DNA from: an uncultured cyanobacterium | GTDB taxonomy: Bacteria; Cyanobacteriota; Cyanobacteriia; Cyanobacteriales; CAWCAG01 | Assembly (NCBI GenBank): GCA_963803805.1 | Contig: CAWDOD010000009.1 | Location: 64,001 to 128,000, forward strand | Direction: 5' to 3' | Length of the DNA stretch: 64,000 nucleotides | In this document: in pieces, positions 1 to 11,000 of the stretch | Layout of the letters: each line of letters starts with the position of its first letter | Numbering within the stretch: position 1 is the first letter of the stretch | Program-made: the position numbers and the translations under genes | The notes under the pieces: model-generated | Database searches by the model: none | The model's input: the letters and a program-made list of their open reading frames with translations, nothing else | Told to the model about the DNA's origin: nothing

Positions 1-114
1 AAATTTGTTAGTGAGGGTGAAGAAGTTTACTTTTGCTATTGTCAATACTCTCCTGTGGAGAAAAACTGGCAACCTGTACCCAGAACAGAAGAACTACTAA
101 AGCCTTCAAGCTAA
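1..114 (+). CDS. 3' end of a CDS entering from the left edge (unknown product)
   Basis: Open frame from base 1 (KFVSEGEEVYFCYCQYSPVEKNWQPVPRTEELLKPSS) ending at TAA 112-114. Confidence 0.5.
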   Translation, partial: KFVSEGEEVYFCYCQYSPVEKNWQPVPRTEELLKPSS

Positions 115-223
115 TACTAATAACTAGCTTTATGAAGAAAAGTTAAAAGAAAACAGATATTGCGAAAAGCTACCTTTTTTGACCTGACGACTAACTGTAG
201 AGATTAATAAGCCCCAACAAGCC

Positions 224-1225
224 ATGAACTACAGCCACCGCCTTGCAGTTACCGAAGATACAAATGCGATCGCAACTCTTTGGCAAGCCTTTGCCCAGGA
301 AAGAGCAACAATTGACCCTTCAATGGCTATTAAGCCAGACTTTGACTTTACCCAATACATTACCAATCAACTAGCCAATCCTCTTAACTATGCTTGGGTT
401 TTGGAACATAATAAAGAGACTACAAAAGAAATCGTCGGTTGCATAATCATCTACTTCTATGATGAAGCCCCCCCTTCTAACCTTCCTCAAGAAATGTTGG
501 AACAACATGAAATTGATAACCCCTTCATTTCTCGCCGGGTTGCCTCTGTTTTAGGTCTTTATGTCAAACTAGAACATCGTCAAGCAGAAGTAATTCAACT
601 CCTTGCCAAAGTAGCCATTGCTAAAGCAGAGGAAATGCAAGTTAACGATATTGATCTACTCATTAGTGCTGACAAAACGGGTATCCAAGCATTGCTGCAA
701 AGGGCTGGGTTTACTAAAGCTGCTGTACAATATACGAAGCATTATGACCTCTCTGTGAATGCTAAATTACCTAATCTCCATCCCTCTCACCCTGAAGTTG
801 ACTTCCCCCAACCTCCATTACCAAAAGCAATTCCCCTGCGCGCCCCCCAAACAGGAGAATTGGTACGCAATCATGAAGGGGAACCAGTTTTTCTTTTCCC
901 CCTAGAAACAGAAGCAATTGAAGCAAGCAAGTTACCCATTTATCCTACTCCAATACGCCACCCCCAAACCCAAGACTTTATCTTTAATAGCCAAGGAGAA
1001 TTAGTTGTTTCTCCGGTTTTACGGGACAAAGACGGTAAAGTTATTGAATATAAGGGCATTCCTCAGTTTCATCCTCCTGCTTATCAAACTATTCAAGGAA
1101 AACTCCACCTTAAACAGAACGAAGCGGGGGATTACATTTTTTGTGAAGTGGAGCTAGACAAAGAAGGAGAAATAATTTTTACTCCAGAAGGTCAACCAGT
1201 TTTTAAGCAATCTTTAACCGCGTAG
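224..1225 (+). CDS. GNAT-family N-acetyltransferase-like protein with a Pro-rich, internally repetitive C-terminal domain
   Basis: GNAT-like N-terminus (RLAVTEDTNAIATLW...LGLYVKLEHRQ...ALLQRAGF); C-terminus has repeated P-x-R-x-P-Q-T...G-E-x-V units. Confidence 0.6.
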   Translation: MNYSHRLAVTEDTNAIATLWQAFAQERATIDPSMAIKPDFDFTQYITNQLANPLNYAWVLEHNKETTKEIVGCIIIYFYDEAPPSNLPQEMLEQHEIDNPFISRRVASVLGLYVKLEHRQAEVIQLLAKVAIAKAEEMQVNDIDLLISADKTGIQALLQRAGFTKAAVQYTKHYDLSVNAKLPNLHPSHPEVDFPQPPLPKAIPLRAPQTGELVRNHEGEPVFLFPLETEAIEASKLPIYPTPIRHPQTQDFIFNSQGELVVSPVLRDKDGKVIEYKGIPQFHPPAYQTIQGKLHLKQNEAGDYIFCEVELDKEGEIIFTPEGQPVFKQSLTA

Positions 1226-1242
1226 CTACAGCTTATACGTTG

Positions 1243-1277
1243 AGCCAGAAGTGTTGCACGAGGGGGGTGTTCTGGCT
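1243..1277. repeat. Inverted repeat AGCCAGAA...TTCTGGCT (hairpin; terminator or relic IS end)
   Basis: 8-bp perfect arms directly after the stop of 224..1225 and just before the ISKra4 end. Confidence 0.4.
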
Positions 1278-1376
1278 AAACCCCTTTTGGTCACTCTCCG
1301 GAATAAACAAGTAAGAATAATTGGGAGCTATCCGTCAGGATAATAAGGTGAAAATTGATTCATCACTCCGATTAAA

Positions 1377-2024
1377 CGGGAGCATCCCAAAAATGTAATG
1401 AGTAATAATACCCGGAGGGAAAAAGTAAAGTTGTGAGAGATTAGAGGCAGAAGAGAAAAAAGGAGAGCAGAAGATGAGTCCAGCACAAGAGCGGAAACTG
1501 AAGTATCACCTCAAAGAAGTAGCCAAACTGCTCAAAGAAGAAACACCGAAGGAAAAATTAGAGGAGTTTGAAAGCAGTGGCTCAAGCAGGGTGTGAGTGG
1601 CGAGATTACAAAGCAGTGAGTCTGAATGATTCGGTGTGCGGAGCATACTTTCAAGACAATGAAGCTCTGATTAAATGGGTGAGTGAGCAACCTTTGTCGG
1701 CAATGGTGACCTGCTTGGGGGATGGCCATGCTGGGGTCTGGAATTTGATTGCCCAATTCAATCACGAACAACAGAAGCGCGAAGTTCTCGACTGGTATCA
1801 TTTAGTGGAGAATCTCTATAAGCTCGGTGGCTCACTCAAACAATTGAAGCGAATTAAAGCTTCTCTGTACTCATGGCATTTAAAGCGTTGTTTGCCATTG
1901 TGGATATGACCATTTTTGACAACTTGCTGGGAGTTACATTGAGGACAATTAAGCATGGAGAGCATTCTTCGTTCACCAGGTTTTCTCTCCTCAATGTTAT
2001 TATCATTACCTCTACATGACTACC
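1377..2024 (+). mobile_element. 648-bp chimeric non-autonomous element: ISKra4 left end plus internally deleted transposase, fused to an inverted IS1 left end (left copy)
   Basis: Begins CGGGAGCATCCCAAAAATG; 1474 ATG gives MSPAQERKLKYHLKEVAKLL (ISKra4 N-terminus); then WRDYKAV...CLGDGHAGVWN...EVLDWYHLVENL (ISKra4/UPF0236 core); minus strand starts GGTAGTCATGTAG at 2024 and encodes MLNCPQCNSQQVVKNGHIHNGKQRFKCHE (IS1 InsA zinc ribbon). Reverse complement of 35444..36091. Confidence 0.9.
1474..1909 (+). pseudogene. ISKra4-family transposase fragments (internal deletion, 3' truncated)
   Basis: N-terminal 33 aa joined out of frame to the WRDYKAV/LGDG/DWYHL core; C-terminus replaced by IS1 sequence. 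Confidence 0.8.
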
Positions 2025-2047
2025 ACTTATTTAATTGGACTTCCCAA

Positions 2048-2938
2048 TTAGTGATACCTACGGTGGGCTTTGCCTACGCAACAAGAAATAATTGATTGTT
2101 CTGCTAAGGATTCTAAACCCACATACTCTGATTTTAATAAATCTCGTAAGTATAGTTTAGCTAGTTCTGAATCGAGAGGGTATAACTCTTGCAAAATAGT
2201 GGTTATCGTTTCATTCCAAAGACCATCTTGAGCATAAAGAATGACTTTTTCTTCTGGTTTTGCTGTAGGTATAGGAGTTAGTTGAGGTGTTGCATTTACT
2301 CTTCTTAGATTACCTTCTACATAAACATCAGAATCTCTATTTTCGGGGTCACAAATAATTGTCAAACTCCAATAATAATTTTTTCCTACTACTAGAGGTT
2401 TATCCTGTAAAATAATACTAACAATTCCCGGAGTTTTATCTATTTTATAGATGCCATTGTGGGCAACCTCTTGGCTTTCATTGGTCATGACTAGAAACTC
2501 TGCTTCTAGTTCTCCTTTAGCAGGATAAGGAATATAGAACCAGAAAGTAGGAGATTCTTGAGCAGTGATAGACCAAAGAGTTTTATCTTCTGCAACTTGA
2601 TTGTTATCCTGTGAGGCCAAACCTTCACCTGGAACTAAAGCTGTTAAGTTAGGGATAGATTGAGGGCATCTATCTTCACCATAACTGCCAGTAGCAGACT
2701 GACTAGATGGCCCTTGTTCAGATCCTTTTTTAGCTCTGGGAATAAATATTAATTCATTATTAGTGTTGGTAGTAATTTCTTCGGTAACACTAGGAGTTTG
2801 TGCTACTATTTTCTCTTCAACTAGAGACAAGATACTAAGAGTAAAAAATGCTACAAGAGCAAGCTTACTGATTAGGAGAAATGAGAAAAATAGTTTCATA
2901 ATTTTAGGTTTGAGATTGTAATATTTTGTATAAAGCAA
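2048..2938 (-). CDS. DUF928 domain protein (probably exported; true start may be the second Met)
   Basis: Hydrophobic N-terminus; LTALVP...PTFWFYIPY...YYWSLTIIC...YAQDGLWNE motifs; usual CHAT/CHASE2 neighbourhood. Confidence 0.85.
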   Translation of the reverse strand: MLYTKYYNLKPKIMKLFFSFLLISKLALVAFFTLSILSLVEEKIVAQTPSVTEEITTNTNNELIFIPRAKKGSEQGPSSQSATGSYGEDRCPQSIPNLTALVPGEGLASQDNNQVAEDKTLWSITAQESPTFWFYIPYPAKGELEAEFLVMTNESQEVAHNGIYKIDKTPGIVSIILQDKPLVVGKNYYWSLTIICDPENRDSDVYVEGNLRRVNATPQLTPIPTAKPEEKVILYAQDGLWNETITTILQELYPLDSELAKLYLRDLLKSEYVGLESLAEQSIISCCVGKAHRRYH

Positions 2939-5306
2939 CCGAAAAACTAGTTAACAAGAAAGCTAAAATTGTTGGGATTAAAGGTAGCCAAATATCCTTA
3001 CCAAAAGCATACCAACAGATACCGTAAGTTATGGTCAAAGCAACTCCATTAATGAGCAAAAACTCAAATTTAGTTTGCCAGTTAGGCCAATTTTTAATAG
3101 CAGCGATACTACCACCTGCTAATGCCCCAAACCAAATTATGAGGCCGTCTTGCCACCATAGTAAAGTAGAAATTAAATTGCGTTTTCCCAGCACCACATC
3201 AAGCACTTGACTAACCTTTTGGGCTTGTATTAGTACTCCTGGTGAGGTATTAAGACCTTTCGCAAAAGGGGTATGATGGCGATCTCGTCCAGGTCTATCT
3301 GCCCCAATAAGAACAATTTTGTCTTTAACTTCTTTAGCTGTAAGATTACCTCGCAAGACATCTACTATTGAAACTACTTGGGCGATATCTTCTAAGTTTC
3401 GGTAAGGGCGATAATTAAGCATAGTTTGATAAGCTTTGTCTACCTCCGAGTCGGCACGGTGATAGCCACCAAGATGGGCTTTTAAGTAAGGAAAATCTAC
3501 ACCACCGATAGTCAAAAAAGGTTCTTCAGGGGTATCTTCCCGCTTAATTCCCTGAGAGGTAAGATAACTAAGAGCTAACTTAAGACTCAAGGATTCTACT
3601 TCGACTTGAGGGGAACGGCAAAAGTATTGATTTCTTACGCCTCTTAACATTAAATAGCGACGAATGATATTATCTTGGTCTACTACCGCATTAACAAAGC
3701 CTGCTTTTCCCAGTGGTGCATCTAGAGGGGCAGCTATTATCCCAGGATCTGACTTGGATGCCCCTTTACAAGCAGTTATTAAGCGTCCTTGCTGGATACT
3801 TGCTTGTAAGTTTGGGTAATCATTACCATCTATCTTCCCTTCCCGAAATATATCTAAACCGATAATTGCAGGTTGGTATTTTTGCAATTGCTGCACAAGA
3901 CTATCTAGGGATTTATCAGAGAGTGATCGCGCTCCATCGCCAATTTCTATTAGTGGTTGTTGTAGTTGTTTAATGTCTTCTTCGGTTACTGACACAACTA
4001 ATAAACGAGAGTCTACTTCAGCAATAGGTTGCTGACGCATTAATAGATCAAAAGCCTTTAATTCCCAACTTTGTAAATGTCCTTGCCATCTAGCAGTAAA
4101 AACTAGTAAAGTTAAGCAAAAGCTAGCAATCAAAGCAGTACGCAGGAAAGAGGTAACAGAGGGAAAAAGCTTGACAGGTAAAGCTTTTTGAGATTGGTAA
4201 AGGTCAGTCCATTTGTGGGAACTCAAAGAAGGATTTTGAAACATTATCGGCAACCAAGTGCAGCCTGGCAAACTAGTAAACTCTTCTAGCCTCTCTTGGG
4301 CTAATCTCACTGCTATTTGTAGAGTTTTTCCCCCAGCATATTCTTGTAGGAATTCCCTTAAAAAACATTGAGCAACTTGGTCTGGGACTTGTTCTTGCAT
4401 AACAATAACCACAGGAATTTGCAAATCTGCTAAATCCTGGGCTAAACCTAAACCATCACAGGAATTAAAAATGGCGATTTGTAAGCCCCCTTGAACTGCT
4501 GAGTGCAAAGCATATTTAAACTGCTTTATTGTCAAACTCTCCTCTTCATCAAGATAAATACGTCCTCTTTCTCCTTCTGTATTGCTATGGCCAGCGAAGA
4601 AAAAGACTGTCCAGTTAGCTTTTCTCAAAGTTTCTACTAATACCTTTCCGGGGGGGTGCTGTAAAAAAGTAGGGGTAGCCCCAGGTAAACTCCCAATCAA
4701 CTGCTGATCTACTTCGGTATCTATATGGCTACTGTTACCTAAAACCGCCAGGATAGGGACTTGTTTTTGGGGAACAAAATTATCTAGTTGAGGAGGTGCA
4801 AACTCTTGAAAACTATAAACTACACTAACATCAGTATATTGCTGCAACAAATCCCAACTATGCCAAGGCAACTTCCATAGTTGTGGTTCTGAGGTGTGAA
4901 TTACCAAACGTAGTTCAGCAGAGTTGCTAGCTAATTCTTGAAGTAACTTTTCCCTAATTCTTTGCCAGGGCTGATTATCTGTAGATTGTAGCCAAATTTG
5001 CATTTGTGCTTCTAAATTTTCTACCCAGTGCTGACAGGTTTCAATTTCTTGAGAAGCTATATTTGTAGGTAGGTTTTCTTCAATAATCCAGGTATTACTA
5101 CGACTAGATTTCAGAAGTAAGTTGAAGGAATTACGCCAACAAGCATATAAACCTCTCAATTGGGAATTACTAGGTAAACTTCCTTCAAGATCACTCGAAG
5201 GAGATTGACCATCACTCCATACTTGTAAAGCGAGGGATAGCCCCTCCTCCAGAGTGCCAGTTCGTATTTTTAGTATAGCTACTCTACTCATTGCTTTAGT
5301 TCCCAA
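2904..5306 (-). CDS. CHAT (caspase-like) plus CHASE2 transmembrane sensor protein
   Basis: LWKLPWH, FFFAGHS and IFNSCDG (His/Cys dyad); TM; LQSWELKAFD...SLSDKSL...IGLDIFR...KDKIVLIG...PGVLIQAQ (CHASE2); three C-terminal TM helices. Likely start MSRVAIL at 5291. Confidence 0.9.
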   Translation of the reverse strand: MGTKAMSRVAILKIRTGTLEEGLSLALQVWSDGQSPSSDLEGSLPSNSQLRGLYACWRNSFNLLLKSSRSNTWIIEENLPTNIASQEIETCQHWVENLEAQMQIWLQSTDNQPWQRIREKLLQELASNSAELRLVIHTSEPQLWKLPWHSWDLLQQYTDVSVVYSFQEFAPPQLDNFVPQKQVPILAVLGNSSHIDTEVDQQLIGSLPGATPTFLQHPPGKVLVETLRKANWTVFFFAGHSNTEGERGRIYLDEEESLTIKQFKYALHSAVQGGLQIAIFNSCDGLGLAQDLADLQIPVVIVMQEQVPDQVAQCFLREFLQEYAGGKTLQIAVRLAQERLEEFTSLPGCTWLPIMFQNPSLSSHKWTDLYQSQKALPVKLFPSVTSFLRTALIASFCLTLLVFTARWQGHLQSWELKAFDLLMRQQPIAEVDSRLLVVSVTEEDIKQLQQPLIEIGDGARSLSDKSLDSLVQQLQKYQPAIIGLDIFREGKIDGNDYPNLQASIQQGRLITACKGASKSDPGIIAAPLDAPLGKAGFVNAVVDQDNIIRRYLMLRGVRNQYFCRSPQVEVESLSLKLALSYLTSQGIKREDTPEEPFLTIGGVDFPYLKAHLGGYHRADSEVDKAYQTMLNYRPYRNLEDIAQVVSIVDVLRGNLTAKEVKDKIVLIGADRPGRDRHHTPFAKGLNTSPGVLIQAQKVSQVLDVVLGKRNLISTLLWWQDGLIIWFGALAGGSIAAIKNWPNWQTKFEFLLINGVALTITYGICWYAFGKDIWLPLIPTILAFLLTSFSVALYKILQSQT

Positions 5307-8040
5307 CTAATACAAAAGGTGACCAATGATAAGGACTGGTATATCTACTTTCTTCTAGTAAATATTGTTGGGCTAAATGTAATGCTTCTGCTTTGCTAAC
5401 TTCTTTATTGACTAAATTTTCATAAAACTTTTCAATTATTAAATTAGAAGAGGCTTGGTCTACCGTCCATAAAGGAGCAACTGTTCCTTTTGCTCCTGAT
5501 TTTACAGCAACTCCTGCAATACCCAAGACAGCCCGATTGTCTCCTTCTGCTGATTCACAGGCGCTGAGAACTAATAGTTCTATTCTTTGCTTTTGTGGTG
5601 TAGTTTTAAGCAGGTTTTCAAATTCATTGATGTTTAGAGAATAACCTTCTATGGTTGCGGCTAGATCGTCAGTAAGAATGAATGTTTCTTGGGGGTTAGA
5701 ACTAAATTGACCGTGGGTTACTAGGTGGATGATGGGATAGTAATTATTGACTAGTTCTTGTTTGATTGCTGCTTTAGTGAAGTTACCATTACTAAGGATT
5801 TTGTAGTCGGGTAGAATGTTTTTTATGGCAGTAATTTGGGCTTTGACGTTTGCTTCTAGAGGATTATAGTTATCGCGCTGTTTGATTGCACCACCTACTA
5901 AGGCAGTTAAGTTTTGCGATTGAAAGCTTAGGGGTTGGAGAAGTTGTACGGTGGGAACAACGAGGGTGGCATAATTTTGGGCGGCTAGATAGTTTTCTCC
6001 ATTGTGTAAGGCACTCATGGGGATGGGACGGAAGATGTTATCGAGGATGAAGATTAAAGTTTTGATTTGTGCTTGTTCTAAATTAGAAAGAGATTTAGCT
6101 AGTAAGAGTTGGTACAACTCTTGTAAGGGTTGTTTTTGATTGGGCAGGAGGCGACGTTTGGTTTGTAAGGTTTTTTGGGCGGCTTGGACAATTTTTCCTA
6201 CTTGGTTTTTATCTTGGGCTGTTACTTGATAAACTAGTTTTTCTTGGTTGGGTAGTTTGAGAATTACTGCTACTTGTTCCGGTAAGAGAATGGGATAAAG
6301 GAAGGCGGTCTTTTGCTCAGGATCATTTTGAATTACTCTCTCGATACGCTTGATTAATAGCTCGATTTGTGCTTGCTGGGTAGTGATTTCTGTCGGTAGC
6401 AAACCTTCAGTGTCTTGGCTTTGAACGGTACAGCGTAGGAAGTTTTCTAATTCTGCTAATTGTAGGGCTTCGACGTAGTAAAGGGACTTTCTAAGATGTT
6501 CTTGGGGAGGATTAGTTTCTCCTTTTGGTAGCAACAGAGAGACTAGTTGACGATATAAAGGTTCGACGTTATCTCGAAAGGAAAATTGGACATCGGAATT
6601 GATGATAAGTAGGTCACGACGCACTTTGTCTAGGGTTTGGGCTGCTGATTCATAAGCTGCGATCGCCTCTTTCCTTTTACCTTGACTAGCCAAGAGTCTA
6701 CCTAGTTGCCATTGCCATTGATAAGCAATGCCAGGACTTCCTTGGGGTTGGACAATCAGTAAGGCTTGTTGTGTTAAGCGTTGGGCTTGTTCACGCCACT
6801 GTTGGGCCATTGTCGGTTGTGAAGCAACGTTGGCAAAGTACTCTTCTAGACCACCTAAGTTCCCCAAAGTGTATGCTTGGGCGTAGTTATCTTCTAATTC
6901 TTGGGCTTCGTTTAAGGCTGTGTTAAGGAGATTAGTTATGGTTTGCCAGCTAGTAGGTAATAGGTGTTGCTTAGGTGTTGACTTTTTTGACTCTTGACCT
7001 CTAGCCCTATTTGGACTTGGGGGTTTTTGGGAGATTTGCTGTAGAAAGGCTAGGCTTTTGGCTAGGTTGATGCGGAGGTAGATTTTGGTGCGACTTAAGG
7101 GTAGAGTTTCTAGATTGATTTGTAAATCTTGGGGTTGGGGTTGCAGTCCTCTTTCTAATAGCAAGCTGAGATGGTTAATTTTACTCCTAGTTTTTAAGGA
7201 CAGAGGTAAGGAAGTATTTTTAATTAAAGCCAGATAAAGATTATCTGCTTGTTCGTAAAATGTCTTTGCATCGTCAGGAATAGATTTAGTTTCATAACGC
7301 CAAGGGAGATGTTGATATTCTGGTTGAGAGAGGCGATCGCGTTCTAAATTTCCCCTTGCCCTGAAAGTATTAGCTAAGCTAAGTTGTGTTGCACCTTTAG
7401 TTTCGGGATCAACCGCTTTAGTGGCAGCCTGTTGCAACACGAATTCTGAATCTTCTAACCTGCCCATTCCCCGAAATAAGTTACCCCAAGAGCGTAAACC
7501 ATCTACCTGTATTAGTATAGAAGGAAGGCGATTATAGCTAGCTAATAGTTGTAATTTCTCCCCAGTTAATTCGCTACAGTGGAGAGGGGCAAGTTGAAAG
7601 GCAGCAATGAGGGTATTGCAGGCGCGAGGATATAAGCCTAAAGCTTGCAGTCCCCTGCTTTGGTTAATTTGACTAAGGGTGACACCAGCATAATCGGCTA
7701 AATTTTCATAAACAGTCTGGGCTTCTTGCCAGGTTTCTAAGGCTTGTTGTGGTTTTCCTAGAGTTAACTGGATGTTACCTAAATTAGTTAAAGTAATGGC
7801 AACATTCTCCTGTTGTTCCTCCTCGCGAAACAATTCTACAGCTTCTTGTAAAGATGCGATCGCATCATTTAATTTCCCTGCTTGATAATAAGTTTTCCCT
7901 TCCTGTACCAACTGTTGGGGAGTAGTTTGCGCCCGCAACATAGTCGGACAAAGAGTAATAAACAAAGCCAACAAAAAAGCCAAAACCTGTCGCAAAGCCA
8001 ACCAACGAAAACCCAAAAAATATCTATGCACCATCATCAA
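5296..8040 (-). CDS. Exported TPR plus CHAT domain protein
   Basis: Signal-like N-terminus, TPR repeats, AYQWQWQLGRLL, QFSFRDNVEPLYRQL, IIHLVTHGQFSS, LLVLSACESAEGD, PYHWSPFVLVGN. Confidence 0.92.
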   Translation of the reverse strand: MMMVHRYFLGFRWLALRQVLAFLLALFITLCPTMLRAQTTPQQLVQEGKTYYQAGKLNDAIASLQEAVELFREEEQQENVAITLTNLGNIQLTLGKPQQALETWQEAQTVYENLADYAGVTLSQINQSRGLQALGLYPRACNTLIAAFQLAPLHCSELTGEKLQLLASYNRLPSILIQVDGLRSWGNLFRGMGRLEDSEFVLQQAATKAVDPETKGATQLSLANTFRARGNLERDRLSQPEYQHLPWRYETKSIPDDAKTFYEQADNLYLALIKNTSLPLSLKTRSKINHLSLLLERGLQPQPQDLQINLETLPLSRTKIYLRINLAKSLAFLQQISQKPPSPNRARGQESKKSTPKQHLLPTSWQTITNLLNTALNEAQELEDNYAQAYTLGNLGGLEEYFANVASQPTMAQQWREQAQRLTQQALLIVQPQGSPGIAYQWQWQLGRLLASQGKRKEAIAAYESAAQTLDKVRRDLLIINSDVQFSFRDNVEPLYRQLVSLLLPKGETNPPQEHLRKSLYYVEALQLAELENFLRCTVQSQDTEGLLPTEITTQQAQIELLIKRIERVIQNDPEQKTAFLYPILLPEQVAVILKLPNQEKLVYQVTAQDKNQVGKIVQAAQKTLQTKRRLLPNQKQPLQELYQLLLAKSLSNLEQAQIKTLIFILDNIFRPIPMSALHNGENYLAAQNYATLVVPTVQLLQPLSFQSQNLTALVGGAIKQRDNYNPLEANVKAQITAIKNILPDYKILSNGNFTKAAIKQELVNNYYPIIHLVTHGQFSSNPQETFILTDDLAATIEGYSLNINEFENLLKTTPQKQRIELLVLSACESAEGDNRAVLGIAGVAVKSGAKGTVAPLWTVDQASSNLIIEKFYENLVNKEVSKAEALHLAQQYLLEESRYTSPYHWSPFVLVGN

Positions 8041-8075
8041 AAAAACTCCATCTCATACCTATTACTGATTACCCA

Positions 8076-11000
8076 TTACTTAGAATAGCGATCACAAGAA
8101 GCAATTAATTCAGCCATTTCAGCAGCAACTTGAGGCGGGAAAGATTCCTCTGTGGAAGCACTTTCTTCTGCCAAAGCTAACCACCTCCAACTCTCAGCAT
8201 TCACAGGTTCATCTGGGTTTGTTAAGGTTCCCCCTTTACCAATATCAAAAAAAGCTACCGCTTCATCTTCTTCTATCGCTTCACAACTGTCATTCACATC
8301 TGGGGCTACTGCATCATTAGGTAAGGTGCTTAAGCCCCGGCTAGGATCTATCCCAGGAGTGTTAATATTTACCGTACCATCAACTCCTAACTCGGAACTG
8401 GCGGTAATATCGCTTAGGGGTGTGAGTTCGTCGCGGAATTTTAAGCCAAAAATTGCTTGGGTAGTAATATTAATATTGCCCCCACGTCCTTCAAAAGCAT
8501 TGGCAGTAATATCGCTGTTTTCACTGGGAAGAGCGACAATAAAATCAGCATTAATATTAATGTTGCCCCCGTTTCCCCCTTGTTGTGCTGTACCTGCGGT
8601 GGTGGAAATGAGGCTATTGCGACGCATTAGTAAGAGGTTTGAGTCCCGCAGAGTAATATTACCACCGTCACCAGATTTAGTTTCTGCAATTAGTTGCCCT
8701 TGATTATCCAGAAAAAGGGTATTGGCAGTGATAGTTAAATCTCCTGCTTTAGCTGCTGTACCAGTACTGCTAACATTGATTTCACCACCGTTTAGGAGGT
8801 TGATTCGGTTAGCTATGATAGCGATATTACCTGTATCCCCTGCGTTGATAGAGTTGGCAACGATACCGCTACGCACTTGTTCATCGGCGGAAGTCCCCCT
8901 AACTTCAATAAGGTCAGTAGCTTGTATGTTGATGTTGCCCCCTGTACCTGAATTGGCAGTAGCAGACCCAAGGCGGGAACCATTGATAATATGGAGTTGA
9001 TTGGTGATGATGTCTAATTTTCCTGCATTTCCGGAACCACTAACCGCAGTATCCGTAGAGATAACTGCACCGTCTTTGAGAGTAACGCTGTCGGCATCGA
9101 CAAATAAATTTCCTGAATCACCTCCTCCTGTAGTTGCTGCTACTATCCCTGCTAGTCCCTGTAACTCGACTTCATTAGCATTAATATTCAATTCCCCACC
9201 ATTTCCTTGGGGAGAAACAGTTCCGGTTGTTACCCCTGCACCATTTTTAATGGTTAATCTTCCTGTGTTAATAGTTAATTTACCTGAATTGCCAAAACCT
9301 AAAGTTCCTGTAGAAATGCCTGTAGGTATGGAAGCCACAGCAAAAACAGAACCTGGTTGGGTAATATCTGGAGTAAAGGAACCTGGTTGATTGCCAATTA
9401 TTTCTACAGACTCGGAAACATCAATTAAAATATTGCCTCCCTCACCACTACTACCTATAGCTGTTAAGCTACTAATTCCTGTTTCTCCAGTTGACCCAAA
9501 ATTGCTACTATCAATTCGCAAATTTCTTGCTTTGATAGTTACTTCTCCAGCATCGCCCCTTGAGAAGGTATTACTTTCTACTCCGCTACCATCAAGAATC
9601 TCGACAACATCTGTTACATCGATTTTAATTTTTCCTCCTTCGCCTTCGCTAAAGGTTGCAGCAGAAATTAGGGCATTATCTCTCAAAGACAAGGAATTAG
9701 CTTCTATTCTTATATCCCCTGGTTTTCCTAACCCAAAAGTACTGCTGGATATTTCGCTATTTGCTACTGTGATTTCTCCTTTAGTTGTGAGGGTTATATT
9801 ACCACCGGAAGTAGAAATATTTTCAGTGGTAATGTTTCCTTGGGCGTTGATTACTAGATTGCCTGAAACTGAAGAATCGCCTAAGTTAATGCCGTTTATA
9901 TCTTCAATGGCGACATTTTGACCACGGTTAATAGCTAAAGTGCTAAAGTCGTTGTTGTCTTGCAAGGTGATGTCGCTATTACCAGAGTTGAGAGTAGTGT
10001 TTCCTGCTACGTTCCAAGTTCCTGTTTGACTAATCTCACCTCCAGAATTGATAGTTAAGTCACCGAGTAAATTGGTTTCTGCTATTTGGGTAGGAACGAG
10101 GAAGTTAGCTAAGCTGACATCTCCTTTTCCGTTTGTAGCAAAGCTGATGATGCCGTTGAGTTGATTGTTAGCGTTTAAACTAATATCTGCGTCAGGAGAA
10201 AGGGTGACAAAGTTTGATTCTCCAGTAACTTTCAGTCCACCACTTTGAGTTATGGCCCCGTTTGCGGTTAGTAGCAAATTTTCTGTAGCTATGGAGTTGA
10301 GGAGATTGGTTGTATCATTTTCCTGGATAGAAACATTTGCCCCCTGAAAGGCTAGCTTACCAAACTGATTGCTGGAGTCATTGAGGGTAATATCTCCATC
10401 TTCTGCATTAAAAGTGGCTGTGCCATTAACTTGGAGAGAATTGCTTTGAGTAATGCCAGGAGTACCACTAGCAACAACAATAGTATTAGCATCGGTTTCT
10501 AGTCTGAGTGTACCACCAAAGCTATTGGCTGATTCATCGAGAGTTATGGCTGCGGCATTGTCATAAATTCCGGCAAACTTCAGGGCCTCTTTTAAACTAT
10601 TGACAGTGAGGTTGCCAGAGATAGTTTCTCCTTCAAGATTCACTGTTCCTACTTGAGTAATAATTACATCACCATTGCCTAACTCTATTCTCGCTACAAG
10701 ACTACCGTTGCCGTTGGGAGTTAACTGAGGATTATTAAGCACAAAATTCGGGTCGCTAATATTAAAACTGGGGGCAAGAATAAACTCTCCGGGGACTTGG
10801 GAAACTGAACCACCAGAAGTTATGGTTAAATTGCCACCAACTAAAGATTGTCCAATTGTGGTGCTATTGCTGTTGTTAATGGTGACATTTCCTGCTTGAG
10901 CTAAAGTTGTGGTGAAGCTAGCATCTCCAGCGATACTTAAAGCGCCAGTTTGGGTAATTGCACCACCGGAAGTTAGTTCTAGGTTTCCTGTGGCAGCAGA

